59,695 bases of DNA. Origin: a bacterium (GTDB taxonomy: Bacteria > UBA6262 > WVXT01). Both the position numbers and the translations under genes were made by a program. Shown piece by piece: positions 46,072-54,682 of this stretch. The notes beneath the pieces are model-generated. The model worked only from the letters and a program-made list of their open reading frames with translations. It did not search any database and was not told the origin of the DNA. The stretch is taken from NCBI GenBank assembly GCA_035530055.1, contig DATKVN010000095.1, positions 1 through 59,695 of the forward strand, read 5' to 3'. Every line of letters begins with the position of its first letter. The stretch's first letter is position 1.

Positions 46072-48363
46072 GTGAAAAAATACCTCGTTTTGGGCTTGAT
46101 TCTCATAGGCTTTACCTCCCTGGCCTCCCAGATTGTGTTAATGAGAGAGTTAATGGTTGTCTTTTATGGCAACGAACTCTCTCTAGGTATTACTCTGGCG
46201 GGTTGGCTATTCTGGGTAGCTATGGGAAGCTGGGGAATTGGCAGGTTCTTTGTTGAACGGATCAGATATAAACTTGCCTTTTTTGTTTTCGCAGAACTCC
46301 TTTTAGCATTATTCCTTCCTGCAAGTATTTTTGCTGCTCGAGCCATACCTCTCCTCCTCAAGACCTCACCCGGAGAAATCATCGGGTTTTTTCCCATGAC
46401 ATATTCGAGTCTGGCTATTCTTGCTCCTACATCCCTGCTTTTAGGGTTTCTCTTCGTTCTGGGATGTCGCATCTACTCACCCAAAGAGAGAGAAGGTCCA
46501 GAACATATCGGCTATGTCTACGTGCTGGAAGCAATAGGTGCTACAGCAGGTGGACTTCTCTCCAGCCTTCTTTTAATCCGGGTACTGCCGCCACTTTATA
46601 TTATGCTGGGAATAGGTCTCCTTAATCTGGGAGTTGCCTTTTCCTTAACGTGGTTCCTGGAAGAAAAGAAGTCTCTTCTCCTTCTTCCAACTTCTATACT
46701 GATTCTTTTGAGCTTGAGTCTTTTTTCTTTTGGAAAAGTTGGAGACTTGCGTCAGGCTTCTCTGGAATTGCGCTGGAGAACTTACCATCCATTGACCTCT
46801 AGAAATTCTATATACGGAAACATTACTGTTATCCAGAAGGATAACACCTATAGTTTCTTCAACAATGGACTTTATAACTTTACCGTTCCCGATGAGTTGA
46901 CCAGTGAGAGAATTGCACATTTTGCCCTTCTGGAGCATCCACAACCAAGAAAGGTTTTACTTATTGGTGGAGGGGTAAGTGGGGTTTTAAAGGAAATTCT
47001 CAAACATCCTGTAGAAAAAGTCGACTACCTGGAATTGGATCCTCTAATGATTACCCTGGCAAAAGAGTACCTCTGTTCCACAGAAGAGTATGCCTTGAAT
47101 GATAGGCGAGTGGAGGTGAAAAATATAGATGGTCGATTGTTCATTAAGCGAACTTCCAGTAAGTATGACCTTATTATCGTCAATCTTCCCCAGCCCTTTA
47201 CCGCCCAGATAAATAGATTCTATACTTTCGAATTTTTTAAAGACGCAAGAAAAATCTTAAAAGAGAAAGGAATACTCTTTTTTGGAATTACTTCCTCGCC
47301 CAATTACATCAGTGAAGAGCAACGAAATCTTCTGGTTTCGCTTAATGAATCCTTAAAGAAGGTTTTTGCTGAAGTGAGAGTTATTCCCGGAGATACCAAT
47401 TACTTTTTGGGCTGTAAGAGTAAGGGAGTTCTTACTCTCGATTATCAGAGACTTATGGAAAGGCTAAATGAGAGAAAAGTGAAAGCAAAATATGTCCGGG
47501 AATACTATTTGGCGAGCGAGTTATCGGATGAAAGGATTGACTATCTGGAAGGGAAACTTCTGCCTTTACCAAAGGTTATGCTCAATTACGACTTTCGTCC
47601 CATATCTTACTATTATGATATGGTGCTCTGGTCTACACATTTCAAGTTCTCTCTGGCAAGAATTTTTAAGAAAATTTCTCCCAAAGTAATCTATATTGCT
47701 GCCATCTTAATCTACTGCGCCATTCTTCTACCCATCTGGTTGAGAAAGTCAAGAGACGAAGTTCGGCCTGTAGCTGTTCTTACTGCTGTGGCAACCACAG
47801 GGTTTGCCGAGATAACGTTCCAAGTTTTAACTTTGCTTTCCTTTCAGATTATCTACGGTTATGTATACTATAAATTGAGCATAATTCTTACATCCTTTAT
47901 GATTGGGCTAATTTTTGGTGGCTGGTGGGCCAGCAAAATTATCGAAAAAGGTCAGGGCAATTTTATGAATTTCATACAGGCTCAGATTTATATATGCATT
48001 TATCCCCTGATTCTCCCCTTCATATTTTTAGGTTTTGCTGGCTCATCGGGAAAATTTAGTACATATCTGGGTTCAAACATTATCCTGCCTTTTCTTCCCA
48101 TAATTGCTGGTTTCATTGGCGGATTCCAATTTCCCCTGGCCAATAAATTATATCTTCAATCCAGGGGAGGATTGGTAAGGGCAGCGGGACTTACTTATGG
48201 TGTTGACCTTTTCAGTTCCTGCCTGGGCGCTCTTTTGGTGAGCGTTTTTCTTCTGCCGATTCTGGGTATTCCCGCGGTCTGTTTGATGGTGGCGCTTTTG
48301 AATCTGGTAAGCCTGGTTCTTCTTTTGAGAGGAGCTGGGAGTACTTTGAGGACATTATCATGA
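46072..48363 (+). CDS. Polytopic membrane protein with a central spermidine-synthase-like (class I SAM-fold) domain (fused MFS/spermidine-synthase type)
   Basis: About 7 N-terminal TM helices. Soluble domain with VLLIGGGVSGVLKEIL...YLELDP...DLIIVNLPQP. About 7 further C-terminal TM helices. GTG start 7 nt after the rSAM stop. Confidence 0.7.
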   Translation: MKKYLVLGLILIGFTSLASQIVLMRELMVVFYGNELSLGITLAGWLFWVAMGSWGIGRFFVERIRYKLAFFVFAELLLALFLPASIFAARAIPLLLKTSPGEIIGFFPMTYSSLAILAPTSLLLGFLFVLGCRIYSPKEREGPEHIGYVYVLEAIGATAGGLLSSLLLIRVLPPLYIMLGIGLLNLGVAFSLTWFLEEKKSLLLLPTSILILLSLSLFSFGKVGDLRQASLELRWRTYHPLTSRNSIYGNITVIQKDNTYSFFNNGLYNFTVPDELTSERIAHFALLEHPQPRKVLLIGGGVSGVLKEILKHPVEKVDYLELDPLMITLAKEYLCSTEEYALNDRRVEVKNIDGRLFIKRTSSKYDLIIVNLPQPFTAQINRFYTFEFFKDARKILKEKGILFFGITSSPNYISEEQRNLLVSLNESLKKVFAEVRVIPGDTNYFLGCKSKGVLTLDYQRLMERLNERKVKAKYVREYYLASELSDERIDYLEGKLLPLPKVMLNYDFRPISYYYDMVLWSTHFKFSLARIFKKISPKVIYIAAILIYCAILLPIWLRKSRDEVRPVAVLTAVATTGFAEITFQVLTLLSFQIIYGYVYYKLSIILTSFMIGLIFGGWWASKIIEKGQGNFMNFIQAQIYICIYPLILPFIFLGFAGSSGKFSTYLGSNIILPFLPIIAGFIGGFQFPLANKLYLQSRGGLVRAAGLTYGVDLFSSCLGALLVSVFLLPILGIPAVCLMVALLNLVSLVLLLRGAGSTLRTLS

Positions 48364-49355
48364 GTGATATTTTTGAAAAAAAATTTTCCCGAAGGGAATT
48401 CTTGAAAATGGTATCTCTCCTGGGGACCACTGTTTTCCTGGGGAACTTTCTTCCTTTAAAACAGCGGGCAAAAACTTCTGCTGTTTTAGTTGGTATAGCC
48501 AGAGGTGATTCAATAGCCGATTCGGTTCGCCGGGCTATAAACTTAGCCGGTGGGTTAGATTTCATCAAATCGGGAGAGTCTGTCCTGATTAAGCCAAACG
48601 TTAATTCCGATGACCCCCATCCTGGAACAACCAACCCAGAGGTAGTATTCGAGGTGGTGAACATGGTCAGGGAGAAAGGAGCCAAAAGAATAATCGTTGC
48701 CGACCGTTCAAATCCCTGGTGGGATACTTTAAAAGCGATGAAGAAAGTAGGTATATATGAAGCTGCTGTTAAAGGAGGCGCGGAGGTAGTCGTTTTCAGT
48801 AAAGGAGATTATGTAAAAGTTAATCCAGAAAATTCTTACCATTGGCCCAATGGATTTCGCATACCCAAGTTGGTGAAACAGGTTGACCACATAATTAGCC
48901 TGCCAGTAGCAAAGACTCATATTATTGCTGACTTCACTATGGGCATAAAAAATTGGGTAGGCTTGATACCTCCTTCTGACAGAAAATATCTTCATCTTGA
49001 AAAGAAAGACTATTTTGCTAGCATGCTCAGCGAGATTCACTTGGCAAGGAAACCTTCCTTTTTGGTGATGGATGCCACAAAGGTCTTCGTTTCCGGTGGA
49101 CCTTCTCATGGAGATATAGCTCGGCCCGGTTTGGTAATGGCCACCTCGGATTTAGTGGCTAATGATGTTACTGGGCTGGCGTTACTTAAGACACTGGGTA
49201 CCATTGAGGAAATTCAGAAGAAGAGTGTTTGGGACCAGCCCCAAATCAAAAGAGCAGTTGAATTAGGCTTGGGCATAAACAGTCCTTCTGAAATTATCCT
49301 CAAGACATATGGTATCCCTGAAGAAGAGAAGATTCGAAAACAATTGCTAAGCTAA
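48360..49355 (+). CDS. DUF362-domain protein with an N-terminal Tat signal
   Basis: SRREFLK is a perfect Tat consensus, followed by a hydrophobic region and AKTSA. DUF362-like VLIKPNVNS...AKTH motifs. No cysteine in the whole protein. ATGA overlap with the preceding gene. Confidence 0.7.
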   Translation: MSDIFEKKFSRREFLKMVSLLGTTVFLGNFLPLKQRAKTSAVLVGIARGDSIADSVRRAINLAGGLDFIKSGESVLIKPNVNSDDPHPGTTNPEVVFEVVNMVREKGAKRIIVADRSNPWWDTLKAMKKVGIYEAAVKGGAEVVVFSKGDYVKVNPENSYHWPNGFRIPKLVKQVDHIISLPVAKTHIIADFTMGIKNWVGLIPPSDRKYLHLEKKDYFASMLSEIHLARKPSFLVMDATKVFVSGGPSHGDIARPGLVMATSDLVANDVTGLALLKTLGTIEEIQKKSVWDQPQIKRAVELGLGINSPSEIILKTYGIPEEEKIRKQLLS

Positions 49356-49412
49356 AATTTTTCCGTCACTCTGTCCCGTCCCGAAACCGGAACGGGGTCG
49401 GGAAAGGGCGAC

Positions 49413-49500
49413 CAACCAGTAGGCTGGAGTCCTTGCGAAAGCAAGGTCGTATACCTCCCGCCCTTTCGGGCGGACTCCAAATGCATAGAGCTATCTGGTT
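49413..49500. repeat. GGAGTCC Y-element (49426-49478) inside an 8-bp outer stem
   Basis: CCAACCAG ... GGAGTC CTTGC-GAAA-GCAAG (11 nt) CCCGCCC-TTTC-GGGCGG ACTCC ... CTGGTTGG. The left arm equals the reverse complement of the 38929-38949 arm. Confidence 0.85.
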
Positions 49501-49501
49501 G

Positions 49502-49561
49502 GGCACTCTTTAGAGTGCCACTTCTATTCGCGGATAACCAAACTTCCGCTTTAGTGGAAGT
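49502..49561 (+). repeat. Two TTTA-loop hairpins
   Basis: GGCACTC-TTTA-GAGTGCC (49502-49519). ACTTCCGC-TTTA-GTGGAAGT (49542-49561), with one G.T pair on the + strand. Confidence 0.7.
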
Positions 49562-49567
49562 AATTTT

Positions 49568-49592
49568 ATACTTGACAAAATTAGTCAGATTT
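49568..49592 (+). promoter_or_regulatory. Candidate IscR type-1 operator overlapping the -35 box
   Basis: ATACTTGACAAAATTAGTCAGATTT matches 22 of 25 positions of the type-1 consensus ATASYYGACTRwwwYAGTCRRSTAT as I remember it. Confidence 0.5.
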
Positions 49593-49600
49593 GTTAAATT
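49572..49600 (+). promoter_or_regulatory. sigma70-like promoter of the iscR-iscU operon
   Basis: TTGACA (49572-49577), 17-nt spacer, TAAATT (49595-49600). Confidence 0.6.
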
Positions 49601-49673
49601 ATTTTAGGAATTAATTTATGTAGAAAGTCAGATATGGAAAATGTAGTCTAAGGAAGAAAAGGAGTGAGGAATC

Positions 49674-50135
49674 GTGTTATTATCCAGTAAGGGAGAGTAT
49701 GGAGTAAGGTGCATGCTCGACCTTGCCCTCCACTATGGTCAGGGGCCGGTTTCTATCCGAGACATATCTAAGCGAGAGGGAATTTCCAAGAATTACATTG
49801 AACAACTGTTTGTCCGTCTTCGGCATGCCAAACTAATTAAGAGTGTCCGTGGTCCGAAGGGAGGCTATTTATTAACCTCTCAGCCAGGAGGGATTAAAGT
49901 TGGTGATATTGTTAGGGCTCTGGAGGGGCCTATAGCTGCAGCGCATTGTGTCCAGCCGCAAAATTCGAAAGATTTATGTGAACGCATTTCTACCTGTGTT
50001 CCTTATGTCTTATGGAAAAGATTAACCAACAAGATAAACGAAGTGCTGGACAGCGCCACGTTAGAGGACTTATGTAGAGAGGGCGTGAAACTTTCAAAGC
50101 ACAGATTGGTCCATCCCCTTCCCTTTCAAATTTAA
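49674..50135 (+). CDS. iscR: Rrf2-family transcriptional regulator, IscR-like
   Basis: (M)LLSSKGEYGVRCMLDLA wHTH N-terminus. Three clustered Cys (CVQPQNSKDLCERISTC) suitable for an Fe-S cluster. GTG start after AAAGGAGTGAGG. Confidence 0.8.
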   Translation: MLLSSKGEYGVRCMLDLALHYGQGPVSIRDISKREGISKNYIEQLFVRLRHAKLIKSVRGPKGGYLLTSQPGGIKVGDIVRALEGPIAAAHCVQPQNSKDLCERISTCVPYVLWKRLTNKINEVLDSATLEDLCREGVKLSKHRLVHPLPFQI

Positions 50136-50171
50136 AATCTGAAATTAAGCCTTATACAGAAGGAGCAAAAA

Positions 50172-50564
50172 ATGGCAACTCAACAATATAGCCAGAAAGT
50201 AATGGAACATTTTATGCATCCCAGGAATGTAGGACAGATCGAAAATCCTGATGGAGTTGGCCATGTAGGCAATCCTATATGCGGAGATATTATGGAACTC
50301 TATATTAAGGTTAAGGACAATATAATCGTTGATGCCAAGTTTAAGACCTTTGGTTGTGGAGCAGCTATTGCCACAAGCTCCATGGTTACTGAATTAGTCA
50401 GAGGGAAAACTATTGAACAGGCGCTGGAGATATCGAATAAGACTGTGGCTGAAGCGCTGGACGGTTTGCCTCCGGTAAAGATGCATTGCTCTATGCTGGC
50501 TGAGGAAGCCTTGAAATTGGCGATAGAGGACTATCGTAAGAAACAGAAGAAGGACAAAGTTTAA
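50172..50564 (+). CDS. iscU: Fe-S cluster assembly scaffold IscU/NifU-N
   Basis: GNPICGDIM, FKTFGCGAAIATSS and KMHCSMLAEEA: the three conserved IscU cysteine motifs. Confidence 0.92.
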   Translation: MATQQYSQKVMEHFMHPRNVGQIENPDGVGHVGNPICGDIMELYIKVKDNIIVDAKFKTFGCGAAIATSSMVTELVRGKTIEQALEISNKTVAEALDGLPPVKMHCSMLAEEALKLAIEDYRKKQKKDKV

Positions 50565-50675
50565 AAGATAGTTAGTTCACCCAACCCCTACACAGGGGCT
50601 GGGTTCATCATCAAGGAATTTCTTAATTTGGAAAGGTCTGGAGTCCTCCCGAAAGGGAGGTGAAAAATGACTCTG
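50561..50675. repeat. Left-end copy of the 16399 composite element, with an extra hairpin and a truncated GGAGTCC arm
   Basis: TTAAAAGATAGTTAGT matches the 16399 TIR at 15/16 and overlaps the iscU stop. ACCCAACCCCT-ACAC-AGGGGCTGGGT hairpin. GGAAAGGTCTGGAGTCCTCCCGAAAG is identical over 26 nt to 16440-16465. Confidence 0.85.
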
Positions 50676-50698
50676 ACCCCTTTTTCTAAGGGAGGGAT

Positions 50699-51430
50699 AT
50701 GTTTAAAACTATTAAAGAGGATATTCGGATAGTCTTTGAGAAGGATCCGGCAGCAAAGAACATTCTCGAGGTAATACTGTGCTATCCTGGACTCCATGCT
50801 TTGTGGTTTCATCGAATTGCCCATTTCTTCTATAAAAAGAAAGAGTATGTGATAGCCCGTTTAATTTCTCACATCAGTCGCTGGATTACGGGAGTAGAGA
50901 TTCATCCGGGAGCAACTATTGGAGGAAAATTTTTCATCGACCACGGAATGGGCGTGGTAATAGGCGAGACTACAGAGATTGGAAACAATTGTCTCCTTTA
51001 TCAGGGTGTGGTGCTGGGAGGAACGAGCCCGGAGAAAAAGAAGCGCCACCCTACTCTGGGAGACAATGTAGTTGTAGGTGCAGGAGCTACGTTGTTGGGA
51101 GCAATCAAAATTGGAGAAAATGCTCGTATCGGAGCGGGATCAGTGGTTCTAAGCGATATTCCCCCGGGAGCAACTGTGGTGGGAATACCGGGAAGGGTTG
51201 GTCTGGGTTTCAGTGGAAAAGAGATCCAGGAGCTGGAACACTCAAAACTTCCAGACCCGGTTGCCGATGCTATTCGCTTTGTTTTGAAAGAACAGGACTT
51301 GTTGGAGAAAAGGCTGAGTAAATTAGAGAATTTAGAAGGCGTTACTGGCGAAATAGATAAATATGTTGAGAAGAAAAAGAAAGAAATAGAAAAAGAATTT
51401 ACTGAGAAGAGAAATAAGAATGAGTCTTAA
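50699..51430 (+). CDS. cysE: Serine O-acetyltransferase CysE
   Basis: [15 protein letters not shown]... and [28 protein letters not shown] hexapeptide core. Confidence 0.9.
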   Translation: MFKTIKEDIRIVFEKDPAAKNILEVILCYPGLHALWFHRIAHFFYKKKEYVIARLISHISRWITGVEIHPGATIGGKFFIDHGMGVVIGETTEIGNNCLLYQGVVLGGTSPEKKKRHPTLGDNVVVGAGATLLGAIKIGENARIGAGSVVLSDIPPGATVVGIPGRVGLGFSGKEIQELEHSKLPDPVADAIRFVLKEQDLLEKRLSKLENLEGVTGEIDKYVEKKKKEIEKEFTEKRNKNES

Positions 51431-52343
51431 AGTGGCAGATAACGTTTTAGAATTGATTGGTTCCACTCCCTTGATTAAGCTAAATCGTATTAGAGGTGGT
51501 CGGGGAGCTCATATTCTGGCAAAACTTGAATTAGCAAATCCTGGAGGAAGCGTTAAGGATAGAATTGGACTTTCTATGGTGGAAGCGGCGGAAAGGAATA
51601 GCTATTTAAAGAGAGGAGCAACCATTGTTGAACCTACAAGCGGGAATACGGGGATTGGTTTGGCATTAGTGTCTGCAGTGAAAGGATATAAGCTTGTTCT
51701 GGTAATGCCGGACAGTATGAGTGTCGAACGGAGAAAATTATTTCAGGCGTATGGAGCAAAAATTGTTCTCACCCCTGGAAGTCAAGGGATGCTGGGAGCA
51801 GTAAGGAAGGCCGAGGAGTTGGTCAGGGGAAACCGAGATTATTTTATGCCTCAGCAGTTCAATAATCCTGCCAATCCCCATATCCATTATAAGACCACAG
51901 GCGAGGAAATCTGGAAGCAGACCAGGGGAAGAATAGATGCTTTTGTAGCAGGAGTGGGAACAGGAGGCACTTTAACTGGCGTGGGAAGATTGTTGAAAAG
52001 GAAGAAGCCAGGAATAAAAATTGTTGCCGTGGAACCAAAGGGCTCCGCAGTCTTATCGGGAGGCAAGCCCGGTCCACATAAAATTCAAGGGATTGGAGCA
52101 GGATTTATACCAGAAGTTCTGGAGAGGGATTTATTGGATGGTGTTATTAAAGTTAAGGAAGAAGATGCAAAGAGAATAGCTAAGAGATTAGCGAGAGAGG
52201 AAGGGTTGCTGGTGGGAATCTCCTCTGGAGCCAATGTTTGGGCCTCTTTGCAGGTTGCCAAGAAGTTAGGTAAAGGTAAAACAGTGGTTACTATCCTGGC
52301 TGATACTGGCGAGAGATATTTAAGTACCGACCTTTTTAAGTGA
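51420..52343 (+). CDS. cysK: Cysteine synthase A (O-acetylserine sulfhydrylase) CysK
   Basis: [19 protein letters not shown] (PLP lysine), [17 protein letters not shown]. Confidence 0.92.
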   Translation: MSLKVADNVLELIGSTPLIKLNRIRGGRGAHILAKLELANPGGSVKDRIGLSMVEAAERNSYLKRGATIVEPTSGNTGIGLALVSAVKGYKLVLVMPDSMSVERRKLFQAYGAKIVLTPGSQGMLGAVRKAEELVRGNRDYFMPQQFNNPANPHIHYKTTGEEIWKQTRGRIDAFVAGVGTGGTLTGVGRLLKRKKPGIKIVAVEPKGSAVLSGGKPGPHKIQGIGAGFIPEVLERDLLDGVIKVKEEDAKRIAKRLAREEGLLVGISSGANVWASLQVAKKLGKGKTVVTILADTGERYLSTDLFK

Positions 52344-52452
52344 GTAGTGTAGGGCTTTATGCCCGTAATGGTTTTGGTCGCGTAGGGGCGACCTTTATGG
52401 TCGCCCAAAGGCTTGTCCCCGTAAAAATTACGCCCATAAAGGGCTACACTAC
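52344..52452 (+). repeat. Long GTAGTGTAG...CTACACTAC element with a nested GTAG-palindrome
   Basis: Starts 1 nt after the cysK stop. GTAGTGTAG GGC-TTTAT-GCC CGTAAT [GGTTTTGGTCGC GTAG GGGCGACC-TTTAT-GGTCGCCC AAAGGCTTGTCCCCGTAAAA] ATTACG CCC-ATAAA-GGG CTACACTAC. The bracketed part is absent from 10579-10631. Confidence 0.9.
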
Positions 52453-52476
52453 TCATAAATTTTAGGATGTTTTGAA

Positions 52477-52881
52477 ATGGAAGAAAAAGGAAAAGTAGTA
52501 AAAATTGATAATGGAGTGGCTCAGGTAGAGATGGAACGGACTTCTGCTTGTGGACGATGTGGGATATGCCTGCAGAGTTCTGGGGATAAACCGATTTTAT
52601 ACGCAGAAGATTCTTTAGGAGCCCGCCCTGGGGATGAGGTACTGGTTTCTGTAGAGAGTAAACAGGTATTAAAGGCAGCGTTTCTTATCTATCTTTTTCC
52701 GCTGGTTGGCTTAATTGGTGGATATTTTCTGGGTCGAGCTGTATTGGGAACGGAGAGGACAGGCATTATTTTTGCAGGGCTAGGGTTTTTTACTACCCTC
52801 TTCCTCCTCTACCAATACGATAAGAGATTGAAGGCTCAAAAGAGTAAGGAAGCAAAAATTGTTCAAATAGTCAAAGGATAA
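52477..52881 (+). CDS. RseC/MucC-family (SoxR-reducing-system-like) small membrane protein
   Basis: GKVVKIDNGVAQVEMERTSACGRCGIC N-domain followed by two TM helices. Confidence 0.7.
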   Translation: MEEKGKVVKIDNGVAQVEMERTSACGRCGICLQSSGDKPILYAEDSLGARPGDEVLVSVESKQVLKAAFLIYLFPLVGLIGGYFLGRAVLGTERTGIIFAGLGFFTTLFLLYQYDKRLKAQKSKEAKIVQIVKG

Positions 52882-52950
52882 AGAAATTGAATATACTTGA
52901 AATTCTTTCGGGAATATTTTTAGAAAAGATAAAATAAAAAGGAAAATAGA

Positions 52951-54120
52951 ATGAAAAGAATATATCTTGACCACGCAGCTACTACGCCTGTCCATCCACA
53001 AGTAGCCGAAGCCATGGTTCCTTACTTCAGTAAAGATTTCGGTAACCCTTCCACCCTCTACTCTTATGGAAGAGAAGCTAAAGGAGCCCTGGAAGAGGCG
53101 AGAGCAAAAGTAGCTCGACTGATAGGGGCTAAACAGCCGGAAGAGATTGTTTTCACCAGCGGTGGAACCGAGGCTGACAATTTCGCATTATGTGGGATAG
53201 CTTGGGCCAATCAGAAGAAAGGAAACCATATTATTACCACTTCCATTGAGCACCACGCGGTAATTAATGCCTGCAAGTTTCTGGAAAAAAGAGGATTTAA
53301 AGTTACTTATCTTTCGGTAGATAAGAATGGACTGGTAGACCCTCTGGAAGTAACGAAAGCAATTACTGATGGAACTATATTAGTATCAGTAATGCACGCT
53401 AATAATGAAATCGGCACAGTGGAACCGATAGAAGAGATTGCAGAGATTGCCAAGGAGAAAGGAATATATTTTCACACAGACGCAGTTCAGACCGTTGGGC
53501 ACCTTCCCACAGATGTGGATAAATTTAAAGTAGACTTATTGGCAATGTCTGCACATAAACTATATGGACCCAAGGGAGTGGGAGCTCTGTATATCAGGAA
53601 AGGCACAAAGATAGTTCCTTTTCTCTATGGTGGCGAACAGGAGAATAAACGCCGGGCAAGCACAGAAAATGTTGCTGGAATTGTGGGATTTGGGGAGGCC
53701 TGTTCACTCGCTCAAAAAGATATGGCAGAGGAAGAAAAAAGCTTAACTTATTTAAGAGATAAATTAATAGAAGATATATTGAAAAGAATTAAACACAGTA
53801 GACTTAATGGTCATCCTAAAAAGAGACTTCCGGGAAATGTAAATGTGAGCGTAGAAGGTGTAGAAGGTGAATCCATGCTTCTGAATTTAGATTTAGCAGG
53901 AGTCTGTGCTTCCAGTGGTTCAGCCTGTACCTCCAGCATCCTGGAACCATCTCACGTTCTAAAAGCTATTGGTATCTCTCCTGAAGTGGCCCATAGTTCG
54001 CTTCGCTTCACTTTAGGAAAGGAGAACAATGAAGAAGATGTTAATTATGTTCTTAAAGTCTTACCCGAGATAGTGGAAAAGTTGCGTAGTATGTCGCCCA
54101 TCTATCAAAAAGAGAAATAG
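52951..54120 (+). CDS. nifS: Cysteine desulfurase (NifS/IscS class)
   Basis: IYLDHAATTP, SAHKLYGPKG (PLP lysine), and SSGSACTS (active-site Cys loop). Confidence 0.92.
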   Translation: MKRIYLDHAATTPVHPQVAEAMVPYFSKDFGNPSTLYSYGREAKGALEEARAKVARLIGAKQPEEIVFTSGGTEADNFALCGIAWANQKKGNHIITTSIEHHAVINACKFLEKRGFKVTYLSVDKNGLVDPLEVTKAITDGTILVSVMHANNEIGTVEPIEEIAEIAKEKGIYFHTDAVQTVGHLPTDVDKFKVDLLAMSAHKLYGPKGVGALYIRKGTKIVPFLYGGEQENKRRASTENVAGIVGFGEACSLAQKDMAEEEKSLTYLRDKLIEDILKRIKHSRLNGHPKKRLPGNVNVSVEGVEGESMLLNLDLAGVCASSGSACTSSILEPSHVLKAIGISPEVAHSSLRFTLGKENNEEDVNYVLKVLPEIVEKLRSMSPIYQKEK

Positions 54121-54219
54121 AATTCAGTCAAAAAAGCCTTGTAAAATAAAGGAAAAAATCTTTCATAAGTGGGGAAGGAATATATTTTTGTAGGTTCAAG
54201 AGATATATATAAATTTATT

Positions 54220-54241
54220 CCTCCCCCTTAAATGGGGGAGG
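54220..54241. repeat. Hairpin flanking the DUF559 gene (upstream)
   Basis: CCTCCCCC-TTAAAT-GGGGGAGG, 7 nt before the GTG start. Confidence 0.7.
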
Positions 54242-54247
54242 ATAAAG

Positions 54248-54637
54248 GTGGGGGTGAAATTGGGTAAGAAGTTAGTTAATACTGGAAGGAATCTTAGAAA
54301 AAATTCTACTGAGGTAGAAAGACATTTATGGAGATATTTAAGAAGAAATCAGTTAGAAGGATTTAAATTCCGACGGCAACAACCGACAGGAAGATATATA
54401 GTGGATTTCGTTAATTTTAAAAGAAAGATTGTAATAGAGGTAGATGGCGGACAACATGCAATTGGAAATACAAAAGATAGGAAAAGAGATAAGTGGTTAA
54501 GGGAGGAAGGGTTTGAGGTTCTAAGGTTTTGGGATAATGATGTTCTTAAAAATATAGAAGGTGTTTTAGAAGTTATAAGGGACAAACTCTTACTATCCCC
54601 TCACCCTAACCCTCTCCCACAAGGGGAGAGGGAATAA
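54248..54637 (+). CDS. DUF559 (Vsr-like endonuclease fold) domain protein
   Basis: LRKNSTEVERHLWRYLR...GFKFRRQQPTGRYIVDFV...IEVDGGQH...RDKWLREEGFEVLRFWDNDV. The tail PHPNPLPQGERE is encoded by a hairpin repeat. Start is uncertain (GTG 54248, GTG 54254 or TTG 54260). Confidence 0.8.
   Translation: MGVKLGKKLVNTGRNLRKNSTEVERHLWRYLRRNQLEGFKFRRQQPTGRYIVDFVNFKRKIVIEVDGGQHAIGNTKDRKRDKWLREEGFEVLRFWDNDVLKNIEGVLEVIRDKLLLSPHPNPLPQGERE
54610..54632. repeat. Hairpin forming the 3' end of the DUF559 ORF
   Basis: CCCTCTCCC-ACAAG-GGGAGAGGG, ending 2 nt before the stop codon. Confidence 0.7.
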
Positions 54638-54682
54638 AACAAAGATTTTTGACAATATTTTCAGTAAAAAAAGGAGAAGAAT

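Noticed and set aside
49426-49478. Y-elements as hammerhead or other small self-cleaving ribozymes (three-way junction with GAAA)
   Set aside because: The junction lacks the hammerhead core (CUGAUGA ... GAAA ... cleavage-site UH). GAAA occurs only as a hairpin tetraloop, and I could not fit any other known ribozyme core.
52085-52456. 123-aa minus-strand ORF overlapping the cysK 3' end and the 52344 repeat
   Set aside because: Its N-terminal part (...[17 protein letters not shown]...) is the translated GTAGTGTAG/GGGCGACC element. The rest is antisense to a well-supported cysK.
54638-54682. TPP riboswitch upstream of thi4
   Set aside because: The gap is only 45 nt and lacks the CUGAGA/ACCUGA-type conserved TPP-aptamer segments. 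The region upstream of DUF559 (54121-54247) also shows none.
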